Assembly (NCBI GenBank): GCA_048938895.1
Contig: JBHLLU010000004.1
Span: 1,721-65,720 of the forward strand
Length of the DNA stretch: 64,000 bases
Reading direction: 5' to 3'
Source of the DNA: Promethearchaeota archaeon
Lineage (GTDB): Archaea; Asgardarchaeota; Lokiarchaeia; Sigyniarchaeales; SOKP01
Shown here piece after piece: positions 9,055 through 18,486 of this stretch; position 1 is the first letter of the stretch, and every line of letters begins with the position of its first letter. Under the pieces are notes generated by a model. That model made no database searches and was not told where the DNA came from. It saw only the letters and a list, made by a program, of their open reading frames with translations. The translations under genes were made by a program, and so were the position numbers.

Positions 9055-10335
9055 TTGTATAAGAATAAAGTATACGCAATGAATATAAACATGAAAGCTA
9101 AAGTTAAGTATTTACTTCTCTATTTAGTGTTTTTCCCAGCTGGAATCTTTACATTTTCGTCAATACCCAATTCAAGCTTGTTTAATGGACCTAATCCTCT
9201 AACTTCTGATTATGGGGTCTCATGTTATAATATCACTCAGAGTGTTACTTATGACGTGGAGATTAATTTTACATTAACCCATCATTCGGGGGCAGGGAAC
9301 TATTTCTTTAAATTTGCTCGAATAAATAACCGAGTGCCAAATTCAACTTTCACTCAATTTACACCCCCATATCAAAAAAGTATGCTACTTTATAACAATA
9401 TTTCAGGTTACAATCCTACAGAAATCAAAATTGGTCATAATGACCGGTTCAACAACACATACGACTCATTCAACGCGTCATTGTTATCATCAGAAGCTGT
9501 CTCCTTGGATCAGAAATACCAAGTTGAGTTAAACGCAGTCAAATTTCAAAATATAGATGATACTGATATTGGAACCTATGATATGTCAAATGAGATTTTT
9601 GATTTATATTGCAATCATTCAGAATCCTATTATGAGAGAGATGATCCCTCTTTAATTTCTCTATCAAATAGTATAGTTAATCCAAGTGATAATCCAATAG
9701 AGAAAGCAAAGAAGATCTATGATTGGGTTTCAAATCATCTTTCTTATAATGGAAATTTACCCGCTCAAGAGAAAGGTGCTTTATGGGCATATCAAAATTT
9801 AGAGGGTGATTGTAGTGAATTTTCCAGTTTGATGATAACTCTATTACGGATACAAAATATACCTGCCCGAAAAGTCACAGGATTCTTAGTTTCCAATAAT
9901 CCCTCATTAAGACCTTCCGTGGGTAAAACATGGAATTTCTATTCTTCTAACTTAGGAACAAATATGTTAGGGCATGCCTGGGTTGAATATTTTGTGCCAG
10001 AAATAGGTTGGATAGCTTGTGATCCTACATGGAATTCGGATTATTTCAATAAAATTGATTATTTGCGTTTTAACTTAAATGTGGGTGCGAATTTCTTCTT
10101 ACCTCCTTCTTATATTGTAAGTGAATTTTCAAATCCAATGTTCGTTTATGGAGTAGGAGCTTCATTTGATTTTAACTACAATGTAAAAATAACGGTTATT
10201 GCATCGAATTTAGCACCTATAGGTAATTTCCCTATATTGTTCATTGTATTTATTGGAATAGGCGTTGCAGCAGTTTTCATTACTATAATAATTATTATAA
10301 AAAGAAGTCGGAAAAAAAAGATATCTTATAACTAA
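9055..10335 (+). CDS. Transglutaminase-like cysteine protease-fold surface protein with C-terminal TM anchor
   Basis: Cys-His-Asp core: EGDCSEFSSLMITLLRIQNIPARKVTGF ... GHAWVEYFVPEIGWIACDPT. N-terminal hydrophobic signal/anchor. C-terminal FPILFIVFIGIGVAAVFITIIIII followed by KRSRKKK. Many N-x-S/T sequons. A likely ATG start lies at 9079. Confidence 0.7.
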   Translation: MYKNKVYAMNINMKAKVKYLLLYLVFFPAGIFTFSSIPNSSLFNGPNPLTSDYGVSCYNITQSVTYDVEINFTLTHHSGAGNYFFKFARINNRVPNSTFTQFTPPYQKSMLLYNNISGYNPTEIKIGHNDRFNNTYDSFNASLLSSEAVSLDQKYQVELNAVKFQNIDDTDIGTYDMSNEIFDLYCNHSESYYERDDPSLISLSNSIVNPSDNPIEKAKKIYDWVSNHLSYNGNLPAQEKGALWAYQNLEGDCSEFSSLMITLLRIQNIPARKVTGFLVSNNPSLRPSVGKTWNFYSSNLGTNMLGHAWVEYFVPEIGWIACDPTWNSDYFNKIDYLRFNLNVGANFFLPPSYIVSEFSNPMFVYGVGASFDFNYNVKITVIASNLAPIGNFPILFIVFIGIGVAAVFITIIIIIKRSRKKKISYN

Positions 10336-10352
10336 AATCAGTGATAATTCTC

Positions 10353-10364
10353 TTTTTTTTTTTT
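10353..10364 (+). terminator. Oligo-T tract (T12) after the transglutaminase-like gene, abutting the convergent GTPase gene stop
   Basis: T12 on the plus strand 18 nt after the stop at 10335. It overlaps the TAA (minus strand) of 10363..11829. Confidence 0.4.
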
Positions 10365-11829
10365 AAATATAAGTGTGTATTAGTTCTATTAGATTTTTAG
10401 AAAAATCAGGAAGAAACTTTTCAATCTTTTGAATTTGAAGAGATTTTTCTATAAATAGAAGGAGATATAAATTATATTTTTCTACCTGAATTTTCTTAAA
10501 GACAATCTTTTTTGATTCATCAGCAATTCCAGAAGATACTAGAAAATCCTTTTTTAAAATTTTGAATTCTTTAAAAGTGCGATATAATTCTTGGAAATGT
10601 GGTGCTGAGATTTCGAAAAATTTCTTAGATACTTCGTCCTTTGAATAATTTGATAAAATAATTCCATTCTCATTTAATAGCAAAATTGCATCCGAATTGG
10701 TTTTCTTAGCAAATTTCTTTAATTGCGTCCTGAATAATTCTCGATTAGGACTTAGTTGTGATAGCCCAAAAGAGTAGGCTGTTACAAGACTCCAATGATC
10801 AAAAATACTAGTCTGAAAGATTTTAATTAAAAATCTGTCAGAGTTCTTCTCAATTTCATCTGCTATTGTTTCTAAGCTCTGAAAAATTTCTTTTGAGCCC
10901 TTCAAGTCAGGATCAAATTTATTTAGGCATACAACAATTGGGGGGTACTCTTCTAAATCAATTAAGGAATTAACAATTCTTCTAAAGAGTCCTAAAGCTT
11001 CCTCTATCCTTTCAACATCTTGTATGTCAATAAAGAAAAATATTAGATCTACATTATATAAGTACAATTTGCTTTGTTCAAGGAATCTATCTCGGTATTG
11101 TTTTTGACCTGCAAGATCCCAAAGAGAGATCACTGAATTTTGTTCTTCAAATAAGTTTTCCTCAGTTCGCTCTACTCCTCTTGTAGGTAAAGCTTTAATG
11201 ATCTCAGAATACCTTCGTCTAATTCCTAATAAGAAACTTGATTTACCTGCCTTATCTAATCCAGTTAATAATACTTTAATTTGTCTCCTTGCTGAGAATG
11301 GATCTTTTAAATCTTTTGTAAATTCAAATAACTCACTTCTAAGATCGGACATAAACCGATTTAAATCGTTGAATTCTTTATTGCTTTGTATTTGGCTAGC
11401 AGTTTTATCAATAATGATTCTTAAATATTTCATGTTTTCATAAAAAAAGACTCTATCATCCTCACTTATTAATACGGTAATTGTGGCAGCTAATGCTTGA
11501 CCTCTTGCTTTTTCATCTGGAATAAGGAAGAAATAAGTTAATCCGTTCAATTTTAAATCAGGAAATGGTAAAATACCAAAATAGTTAACCCCTACGTCTG
11601 ATCCTTGTGAATCTTGATAAACAGAATCACCCATTAGCAAACTAATTGTTTTCATTGCGATTAAAAGTCCAGCTTTCTCATCTAAATCATTTGGCCAAAC
11701 AATCCTAGGTGTCGGACCTTTTTCATCAAAAATACTTAAAACGATTGCTTTAATGAGATTCGAATTATCAACGATATTTTTTTCTTCCTCTGCTTGTTTT
11801 ATATTTGATTTAGAGTTGTTATCAGTCAA
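10363..11829 (-). CDS. Arf/Rag-like small GTPase with N-terminal longin-like domain and C-terminal roadblock-like domain
   Basis: G1 LTGLDKAGKSSFL, switch I PTRGV, G3 LWDLAGQKQYR, G4-like LNKFD. The N-domain (IKAIVLSIFDEKGPTPRIVWP...YFGILPFPDLKLNGLTYFF) is shared with the proteins at 21761, 31992 and 33264. C-terminus: DAILLLNENGIILSNYSKDE... Confidence 0.7.
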   Translation of the reverse strand: MTDNNSKSNIKQAEEEKNIVDNSNLIKAIVLSIFDEKGPTPRIVWPNDLDEKAGLLIAMKTISLLMGDSVYQDSQGSDVGVNYFGILPFPDLKLNGLTYFFLIPDEKARGQALAATITVLISEDDRVFFYENMKYLRIIIDKTASQIQSNKEFNDLNRFMSDLRSELFEFTKDLKDPFSARRQIKVLLTGLDKAGKSSFLLGIRRRYSEIIKALPTRGVERTEENLFEEQNSVISLWDLAGQKQYRDRFLEQSKLYLYNVDLIFFFIDIQDVERIEEALGLFRRIVNSLIDLEEYPPIVVCLNKFDPDLKGSKEIFQSLETIADEIEKNSDRFLIKIFQTSIFDHWSLVTAYSFGLSQLSPNRELFRTQLKKFAKKTNSDAILLLNENGIILSNYSKDEVSKKFFEISAPHFQELYRTFKEFKILKKDFLVSSGIADESKKIVFKKIQVEKYNLYLLLFIEKSLQIQKIEKFLPDFSKNLIELIHTYI

Positions 11830-11998
11830 TTAATCCCCAAATATTTAATTGTAAAGTAATAGTTTCTAAAGTTCCTTACTATCTTCTCAAAATTATATTG
11901 TAGTAAAATCTAGATATTACTCTAATATAGTCAAAATAATAATTATTATTAAATAATTACTTTTTCTTCACAAAAGGCTTTTAATTTTAGTATATAGT

Positions 11999-13804
11999 TT
12001 AAAAAAATTTCAATCTTGTAAGTTTTGAAGGTAAAAATATCCTCTTAATAAATTCCTCAACACCAAGATTAGATCTTTGAAGTTCGTCGAATGATAAGTA
12101 CTCTGTTGCCCCATTTTTGATAAAAAATTGAAGTTTCTCCTGTTTTTTTATCCTCTCCGAAAGATCAATTTTCGCATCATTATTAAAATGATAAGAGCGA
12201 GTATAATAATATTTATCTCCTTTAAATTGAGGAATTGCGATTTTTGGAAAATGTTTCAAATCTAATTTAGCAAAACGAATTCCTGCTTTCTTAGTTATAG
12301 TTTCACTTAATAGAAATGAGATTTCATTTTCTTGAGAAAATCGTTCGCATATTGAATTCATCCTATCTAAAATTTTTATCCCAAAATTAATAGCAGAAGC
12401 ATTTTCATGTAATTCAGAATTGATCAAAAATTTGACTGCTTCATTCAATCCTATAAAACTAATAGTTAATGATTGATTATCTAAATTATAAAGGTTACTA
12501 TTGTGAATTTTACCACTACATAAAGGTAAATGGTTAGATTTTAAGTGGTTTTGAATTATATGAGATTTTTTTAATAATATCTGATATGTCATTATTAATG
12601 TTTCATTTAATAATTCTAGAAATCTTGTTTCTTCTTTAGCGATATAAGCTAGTCTTGGAAGGTTTAAACATACTTCTTGAAGAATTCCAGTGTTTATATA
12701 ATCAGTAAGATTCTCAGATTTCGATTTTTTTCCATTCAGTACGATATTATCACTATTTGTTAGTATTAGTGACTTGAGAGTATTAATTTCACTAAAAAGA
12801 TCTAGATATACTTCATTATATTCATTCAACCATGTTTCATTCAACAAAATCTCTAGTTGAGGAGATTTAAAATGGTTTTTATAATCATCTCCTTCTTTAA
12901 AAGCAGCCATTAGTGCAGTAAACAAATTTAAACATTCATTATAATATTCCCTATAGTGTGTTATAGTCGCTTCTAAATTCCCTGCAATAGTAAAATTCAT
13001 AAAATCTTCTAATATAGAAGGACCTATTTGAATTGAGCTTGATGATATGGTACGTCCGGTCATATTTATTAAATGATTTAATTCGTAAAGCATTATTTTC
13101 ATAGTTTGAACTAACTTTGGATAGGAAATTCCCTTGGCATATGGAGATAAAAACATTGCCAAATAACAATAACCTTGATTTCCGCAAAATTCATTTTGAG
13201 TAAAGGCTAACCATTTTACTAAATGATGAATAGCTTCTTTTAAATTATGAGCACGCTTTAATGTACAGCAAGAAATATTATTTTCTATTGGTGGTAAACC
13301 ATTTTCTAAAATTACTCGAGGATCCCAGATTTGCGTTAGCGGTCGTAAATCAAAATATCTTAATTTATGAATGTGAATATCTCCATATAAATGAGCTTTA
13401 GACTCGTCATTAGTCAAAATTTTTAAATGAGCATATTCTTCAGATATTCTGTTAGCAGCCCAATGATGGATTTTTTCAGGATTTATTATTCTGTCAGGGT
13501 GCTCTATCAATCCATTCTCTAGGATTTTTTCATAATCCATTAAGGGCATACCAATCCGTGTATACAACTTACGTTCATTTTCAAAATGTTGCTCAGAAAG
13601 TATTGAACAAACTATTTCTCTAATATGTGGCCCGGAAAGAAATTTAATCCCAGAACTGATAATTCTTCTTACTACAAGCTCCGTAATGTTATTTGCATCA
13701 GATTCGCTCATCCCAGTTTCTTTTATAATACTTTCTAAAATTCTTGAAGAATCGAATTCTGCTAAATCTCCTTCAGTCCTAAAAACTTTTGGAAATAAGT
13801 CCAT
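11999..13804 (-). CDS. ATP-cone plus class III (anaerobic) ribonucleotide reductase NrdD-like protein lacking the glycyl-radical C-terminus
   Basis: ATP-cone-like N-terminus (VFRTEGDLAEFDSSRILESIIKETG). NrdD-like motifs: HLYGDIHIHKL, TQNEFCGNQGY..FLSPY, IGLNEAVKF, YYYTRSYHF. The ORF ends ...LTRLKFF with no CxxC...CxxC zinc ribbon and no R-x-x-G-Y radical motif. Confidence 0.6.
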   Translation of the reverse strand: MDLFPKVFRTEGDLAEFDSSRILESIIKETGMSESDANNITELVVRRIISSGIKFLSGPHIREIVCSILSEQHFENERKLYTRIGMPLMDYEKILENGLIEHPDRIINPEKIHHWAANRISEEYAHLKILTNDESKAHLYGDIHIHKLRYFDLRPLTQIWDPRVILENGLPPIENNISCCTLKRAHNLKEAIHHLVKWLAFTQNEFCGNQGYCYLAMFLSPYAKGISYPKLVQTMKIMLYELNHLINMTGRTISSSSIQIGPSILEDFMNFTIAGNLEATITHYREYYNECLNLFTALMAAFKEGDDYKNHFKSPQLEILLNETWLNEYNEVYLDLFSEINTLKSLILTNSDNIVLNGKKSKSENLTDYINTGILQEVCLNLPRLAYIAKEETRFLELLNETLIMTYQILLKKSHIIQNHLKSNHLPLCSGKIHNSNLYNLDNQSLTISFIGLNEAVKFLINSELHENASAINFGIKILDRMNSICERFSQENEISFLLSETITKKAGIRFAKLDLKHFPKIAIPQFKGDKYYYTRSYHFNNDAKIDLSERIKKQEKLQFFIKNGATEYLSFDELQRSNLGVEEFIKRIFLPSKLTRLKFF

Positions 13805-14067
13805 AATTAGTTTAAAAGAAGGTAATTATTTACTTTTTAAAAGTACTTTTTGAATTATATTATTCTAGAGATTTAAAAAACTAAATTATTAATGGATTAA
13901 ATAGAAGAAAATTGCATGATTAAAAAGAATAGCATGGAAATAGTAAAATAATCTCATTTATTTCATTTCTAATTAATCTTTAAGATAAATAGATTCACTG
14001 AATCTTGATTTTATACTATATCTATACTCTCTAGGTCTTAATTTATAATATCTGAAATTTAAAACAT

Positions 14068-14844
14068 ATGCTAAAGCTATACACAGAATCTTCCATAAAA
14101 CGCTTCTATACAGAAATTTATAACATCTTAAAAGATTCTGATTCCAAAATCACTGAAATATGGTGTGAAATTTCAGAGATCTCTTTTCTTAATGAGTTGG
14201 GAACAAATGAATTAAATAGGTTTCTGGAAAACTTTGATTATATCTCAATTAAAAGTGGAAATTATATTTCTTATGTAGTTATAGAGAAGATAATATTTAT
14301 TATAGATTGTATAAAATATCTAAAATATGATATTTACCAATTATCTGAAATTTTAGATTATAATGGTTTTGAAGCATTAGTAAAAGAAATTTTATCAAGA
14401 AATAATTGTCATACAACATGTAATTTTAGATTTTCCGAGAGTTCAAAATTAACAGATAAATCTCAGAGCCGATATGAAATAGATGTAATTGGGATTTATA
14501 GGAAATATATCTTAATCATAGATGCAAAGCAATGGAAACATAAAGATTCATATAGCGCTATTAGTAAGGCTGCTAATCTACAACTTGAACGCGTCAAAGC
14601 ATTAAAAAGAAATCCTGAATCTTTTTTCAAACTAGTAACATCAATATTGGGGAATAATGTAGAGATAAAAAAGTATTTACCTTACGTTCTTATTCCAATA
14701 GTCGTTACACTTGAAGAAAATAGTATTAAATTTAATGAAAATCACATTCCTCTTGTATCAATTTACGAATTCAATTCTTTTTTACAAGAATTTCAAAATA
14801 ATTTACAATATTTTAAATCAATTCAGATAGATAAAATAGGATAA
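14068..14844 (+). CDS. PD-(D/E)xK nuclease-fold-like (NERD/Mrr-like) hypothetical protein
   Basis: SRYEIDVIGIYRKYILIIDAKQWK fits an E-x-D ... D-x-K nuclease-type core. The rest is unrecognised. Confidence 0.35.
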   Translation: MLKLYTESSIKRFYTEIYNILKDSDSKITEIWCEISEISFLNELGTNELNRFLENFDYISIKSGNYISYVVIEKIIFIIDCIKYLKYDIYQLSEILDYNGFEALVKEILSRNNCHTTCNFRFSESSKLTDKSQSRYEIDVIGIYRKYILIIDAKQWKHKDSYSAISKAANLQLERVKALKRNPESFFKLVTSILGNNVEIKKYLPYVLIPIVVTLEENSIKFNENHIPLVSIYEFNSFLQEFQNNLQYFKSIQIDKIG

Positions 14845-14859
14845 TTTTTAAACAAAAAA

Positions 14860-15687
14860 TTATTGTTCCAAACCCATATAATACTTTATTTGCTTCTTTA
14901 TAACATTAATAGCAATAGAGATGATTCCACTTTTAACATTAGGATGAGAAAACAATATTAAAATCATATCCTTTAAACTCGGAGATTCTGTATCAATAGG
15001 AGCTAGATCTAGTACACCTTCAGTTCCTTTAACACTAATCGATTTTAGCGTCCCTGCGCTTAATCCATGAATTATATCCGACCCTATCATTGAAAGATTC
15101 ATCCCAATAGTATTGAATAGAGCCTCTGAAATTCTACTTGAGATTGCAGAGGCAAGCATTGTTCCATCAGTTTTAATTATTGCTGAAGCTTCTATTCGAG
15201 AATCAAGTGTAATTAATTCATTCAATATTTCATTCATACTTGAAGGGGGTATTTTCTTTTCAGGTGCTTTCCTAAGAGGGGGTTCTGGAGTTTGTGAATC
15301 TAATTTTTTTACCGATATCTTTTTTGAAAGAAAACTTAAGACCTCCGTCATATCTTTTTCCAATCTTTTTTGCTTGGAAGACGTTTCTACAGATTCTGCA
15401 GATTTAGTGGGAATTGGTACTAACGATGGTTTTGAGTTTTTGTCCTCATCCTCAAGAATTGATTGTTTAAGTTCTGAAAACGCATCAGATATAGAATCCT
15501 TTTTTGAAGAAAGAATTGAACTTTGAAATGGTTTTGGTGTGATTTCTTGTAAAACCTGGCTTTCTTCTTCATTAACTTCTTCAAAATCATTTGTAATTGC
15601 AGTGAAAGAATTCTCTTCAATAGCTTTAGTACTGATTGTAGGTATTTTGTTAAGCTTTAAATCTTCTTCTTTTGGGATTTCTTGCAA
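14860..15687 (-). CDS. Roadblock/LC7 (MglB-like) domain protein with long acidic/Ser-rich N-terminal linker; probable N-terminal zinc-ribbon extension to 15879
   Basis: The C-terminal ~110 aa (LITLDSRIEASAIIKTDGTMLASAISSRISEALFNTIGMNLSMIG...GTLKSISVKGTEGVLDLAPI) show the Roadblock/LC7 pattern. The listed start is TTG. The same frame is open upstream to 15879 and encodes CQNCG...CRKCG. Confidence 0.65.
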   Translation of the reverse strand: MQEIPKEEDLKLNKIPTISTKAIEENSFTAITNDFEEVNEEESQVLQEITPKPFQSSILSSKKDSISDAFSELKQSILEDEDKNSKPSLVPIPTKSAESVETSSKQKRLEKDMTEVLSFLSKKISVKKLDSQTPEPPLRKAPEKKIPPSSMNEILNELITLDSRIEASAIIKTDGTMLASAISSRISEALFNTIGMNLSMIGSDIIHGLSAGTLKSISVKGTEGVLDLAPIDTESPSLKDMILILFSHPNVKSGIISIAINVIKKQIKYYMGLEQ

Positions 15688-15879
15688 TTCAACATGTTGG
15701 CTGATTGGTTCTACATTGGTTTCTTGTTGAATTTTTTTTTTCGTCTTTTTATCTTTTTTTGATTTAGAGGAAATAGGGAGTAGCGCACCACACTTTCTAC
15801 ACGTACGGTTTACTGCTTCGTTGTTTGTTGTCCCACAATTTTGACAAATGATAATAGTATGTATTCTCCTCCATGAATT
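15688..15879 (-). other. In-frame upstream extension of the Roadblock gene, encoding a zinc ribbon but lacking ATG/GTG/TTG
   Basis: Codons read NSWRRIHTIIICQNCGTTNNEAVNRTCRKCGALLPISSKSKKDKKTKKKIQQETNVEPISQHVE and then the TTG at 15687. An in-frame TAG lies at 15880..15882. An ATG at 15872..15874 is in another frame. A GGAGG lies just upstream of ATA/ATT/ATC codons. Confidence 0.5.
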
Positions 15880-16043
15880 CTAATTACAAAAAATTGGTAA
15901 AACTAATAAAATTAATAAAATATTAAGATTCTTTTAATTTCTGTATAAATTATAAATACAAATTTAGTGTTATTAATATTTCCAACATTAAATTAACAGT
16001 ATTTAATATTTCGTAAGTAATCTAAAAAGGGCTGTGAATTTTT

Positions 16044-17018
16044 TTATCTATATAAGATCTCTTTCAATATATTAGCAAATGTTTCAAAATCTTCTTTTTG
16101 AAAAACCGGGTCATCTTTGAGCAATAATAGATAATAAGGAGTCGAATCTTTTTTCAAGGTGATCTGTTTAAAAATGAAATTCTTTCCAAACCTTTGAAGA
16201 ATCATTCTATCTTCATATCTACTTTCTTGTACACCTGTATATTGTAGAGAATCAGAAAGAGTAAGGAAATATGGAGTTGAAGCTGAAAGTAAATGTTTAG
16301 TTTCATCATTTTTATAATAGGACCCAATAACAAGGGAGTTATCATCAATAACAACTACACCTTCAGAATCTATTTTCTTGGCAAATTCCAGTATAGTCTT
16401 CTCAATCAATTCTGATTTGGGATAGAGACTAAGCATAATTTCCGACATTGCTCGTATGATGGAACTAAAATCATAAATCGAGGTTTCATAAAAGTAAAGT
16501 TCTTTATAATCGGTAGCTTTCTTTACCTGCTCTTTTAAATCTATACTAAGATCTCGCATTTCATTTGGGGCACCTCTTCTTAAAGCAGGATCAAATTTGT
16601 GAAGGAAAATATAGATAGGTGGTTCAATTTCTAATTCTCTGAACTGATCAATAACATCTTTAAAATAACTCATTGCTTCCGGGATTCGAGGCTTATTTTG
16701 AACATCGATAACATAGATAGCAATTTCAGTACCATCAAAAAACTTACCTGGATTCTTTAAATAAGATATTCTATAACTAATTTGTCCCCCTAGATCCCAT
16801 TCTGCAATTTCTTTCCCTAGAAAATCAAAAACTCTCCTTTGGGCACCCCTAGTGGGTGAGAGCACTGCAATCTTCGAAAATTCTCTCTGAAGAGAAAGGA
16901 TAATGCTAGTCTTTCCTGCATCGTCAAGTCCCGTGAATAAAAGCTTAGATGGCTCTGGTTTCTGTTCTTGTTCTTCCTTTTTCAGATACAATATTGATTG
17001 TTTTAGATCCTTCTCCAA
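16044..17018 (-). CDS. Arf/Rag(Gtr)-like small GTPase with C-terminal roadblock-like domain
   Basis: G1 FTGLDDAGKTSII, PTRGA, G3 EWDLGGQISYR, G4-like LHKFDP. C-terminus: SEGVVVIDDNSLVIGSYYKNDE...YYLLLLKD. TTG start, with an in-frame TGA 4 codons upstream. Confidence 0.7.
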   Translation of the reverse strand: MEKDLKQSILYLKKEEQEQKPEPSKLLFTGLDDAGKTSIILSLQREFSKIAVLSPTRGAQRRVFDFLGKEIAEWDLGGQISYRISYLKNPGKFFDGTEIAIYVIDVQNKPRIPEAMSYFKDVIDQFRELEIEPPIYIFLHKFDPALRRGAPNEMRDLSIDLKEQVKKATDYKELYFYETSIYDFSSIIRAMSEIMLSLYPKSELIEKTILEFAKKIDSEGVVVIDDNSLVIGSYYKNDETKHLLSASTPYFLTLSDSLQYTGVQESRYEDRMILQRFGKNFIFKQITLKKDSTPYYLLLLKDDPVFQKEDFETFANILKEILYR

Positions 17019-17112
17019 AGTTAAATTTCACCTTTATAACTAAATGAAGAAATTAACTAATATATTCTTTTCCAAGATAAAAAATTATACCATTCTTTAT
17101 TTAGATTACGCA

Positions 17113-18468
17113 TTACATGGTAGTTTGGATAAATAATTTGAAATCTTCATATTTATTAATTTCTACAGGATTTGGATATTCATTCTTGTTTTGAATGATC
17201 TCTAGGGTTTTGGGTAACTTTGGTTTCAATTTAATTAATGAAATAATTTCTTCAGGAAATTTCGCTGGATCAGCAGTTTCATAAGTAATTGATTTAAGAT
17301 TATCTTGATAAGGATTCTTAGTACGATATTTCTGAAGTGCAGCCCACCCGACAGCTCCATGTGGCTCGATAATTTTATCAAATTTGTTATAGAACTCTAC
17401 TATTGTTTCTTTTGTTAATCCATTATTTATTGAATAGGAATCGATAATAGATCTTAACTCTTTCATATTAGGGAGTTTATGGATGTATCCTTTTTCATCA
17501 ATCTGTCCTTCAAATAAATCAAATATACGGGCTAAATTACTGGGGTTACCAACGTTCATAGCAGATGATAAACAATTTTTGGAGGGATTGATTGGTTCAT
17601 AAATCCCTGAATTTAGAAATTTTGGAAATTCATCATTTTCATTAACTGCAGAAATAAAGATTTCTACAGGTAAGCCCATCTTATATGCAATAATTCCTCC
17701 CGTAAGATTACCAAAGTTGCCTGAAGGTACTGAAAAAATAACCTTTTCATCTTGATTTTTAACAATACGAGAATAACTCCAAAAATAATAAATAATCTGT
17801 GGTAGTAATCGACCCAAATTAATAGAATTTGCAGATGATAGGTTAAGCTCTCTTAAATCTTCATCTGCAAAAGCTGTTTTTATTATTTTTTGACAATCAT
17901 CGAACTTTCCATTAATTCCTATAGCAATCACATTTTTACCTAAGGTAGTCATCTGTTTTCTTTGAAGATCACTTATCTCATTTTTAGGATAGAGTACAAT
18001 AACTTTAATTCGTGACATTTTATGCATTGCTTGAGCTACTGCACCTCCAGTGTCTCCAGATGTTGCGGTTAATATAATTATTTCTTTATCTTCGAGTGAA
18101 AGGAAATATTCCATAATCCTAGCTAAGACTCTCGCTCCAAAATCTTTAAAACTACAAGTTGGACCTTTACTTAGATAGCAAAGATAATCATTACTCTCAA
18201 TGTTGTCTATTTCTATATCAAAGTTTAACGCCTTTTTAACAATCTCTTTTAAATCATCCTTTGGGATTTGTTGATTAAGGATTTTTTGGAGAATCTGTAA
18301 GGCAATTTCCTGCAAGCTTAGATTTTTAAAATTAAATATATCTTGAGTAGGAAATTTAGGGATTTTGTTTAACATATATAATCCTTTATCTAAAGCTTGT
18401 CCCTGTAAAACTGCAGTCTTAAAATCAACATCGGGAGTATTATAATTCGTCGAGTGAAATTTTATCAT
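17113..18468 (-). CDS. thrC: Threonine synthase
   Basis: PLP-lysine motif GPTCSFKDFGARV, TATSGDTGGAV, SANSINLGRLLPQ. The length is typical of long-form ThrC. Confidence 0.85.
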   Translation of the reverse strand: MIKFHSTNYNTPDVDFKTAVLQGQALDKGLYMLNKIPKFPTQDIFNFKNLSLQEIALQILQKILNQQIPKDDLKEIVKKALNFDIEIDNIESNDYLCYLSKGPTCSFKDFGARVLARIMEYFLSLEDKEIIILTATSGDTGGAVAQAMHKMSRIKVIVLYPKNEISDLQRKQMTTLGKNVIAIGINGKFDDCQKIIKTAFADEDLRELNLSSANSINLGRLLPQIIYYFWSYSRIVKNQDEKVIFSVPSGNFGNLTGGIIAYKMGLPVEIFISAVNENDEFPKFLNSGIYEPINPSKNCLSSAMNVGNPSNLARIFDLFEGQIDEKGYIHKLPNMKELRSIIDSYSINNGLTKETIVEFYNKFDKIIEPHGAVGWAALQKYRTKNPYQDNLKSITYETADPAKFPEEIISLIKLKPKLPKTLEIIQNKNEYPNPVEINKYEDFKLFIQTTM

Positions 18469-18486
18469 AGTATCTTTCCTACTGCT

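Noticed and set aside
14068-14844. Reading the PD-(D/E)xK-like protein as part of a restriction-modification or defence system
   Set aside because: There is no adjacent DNA methyltransferase, helicase/ATPase or specificity subunit. The three methyltransferases in the window (6102, 51598, 57690) are distant and look like tRNA or small-molecule class I enzymes. The nuclease motif itself is weak.
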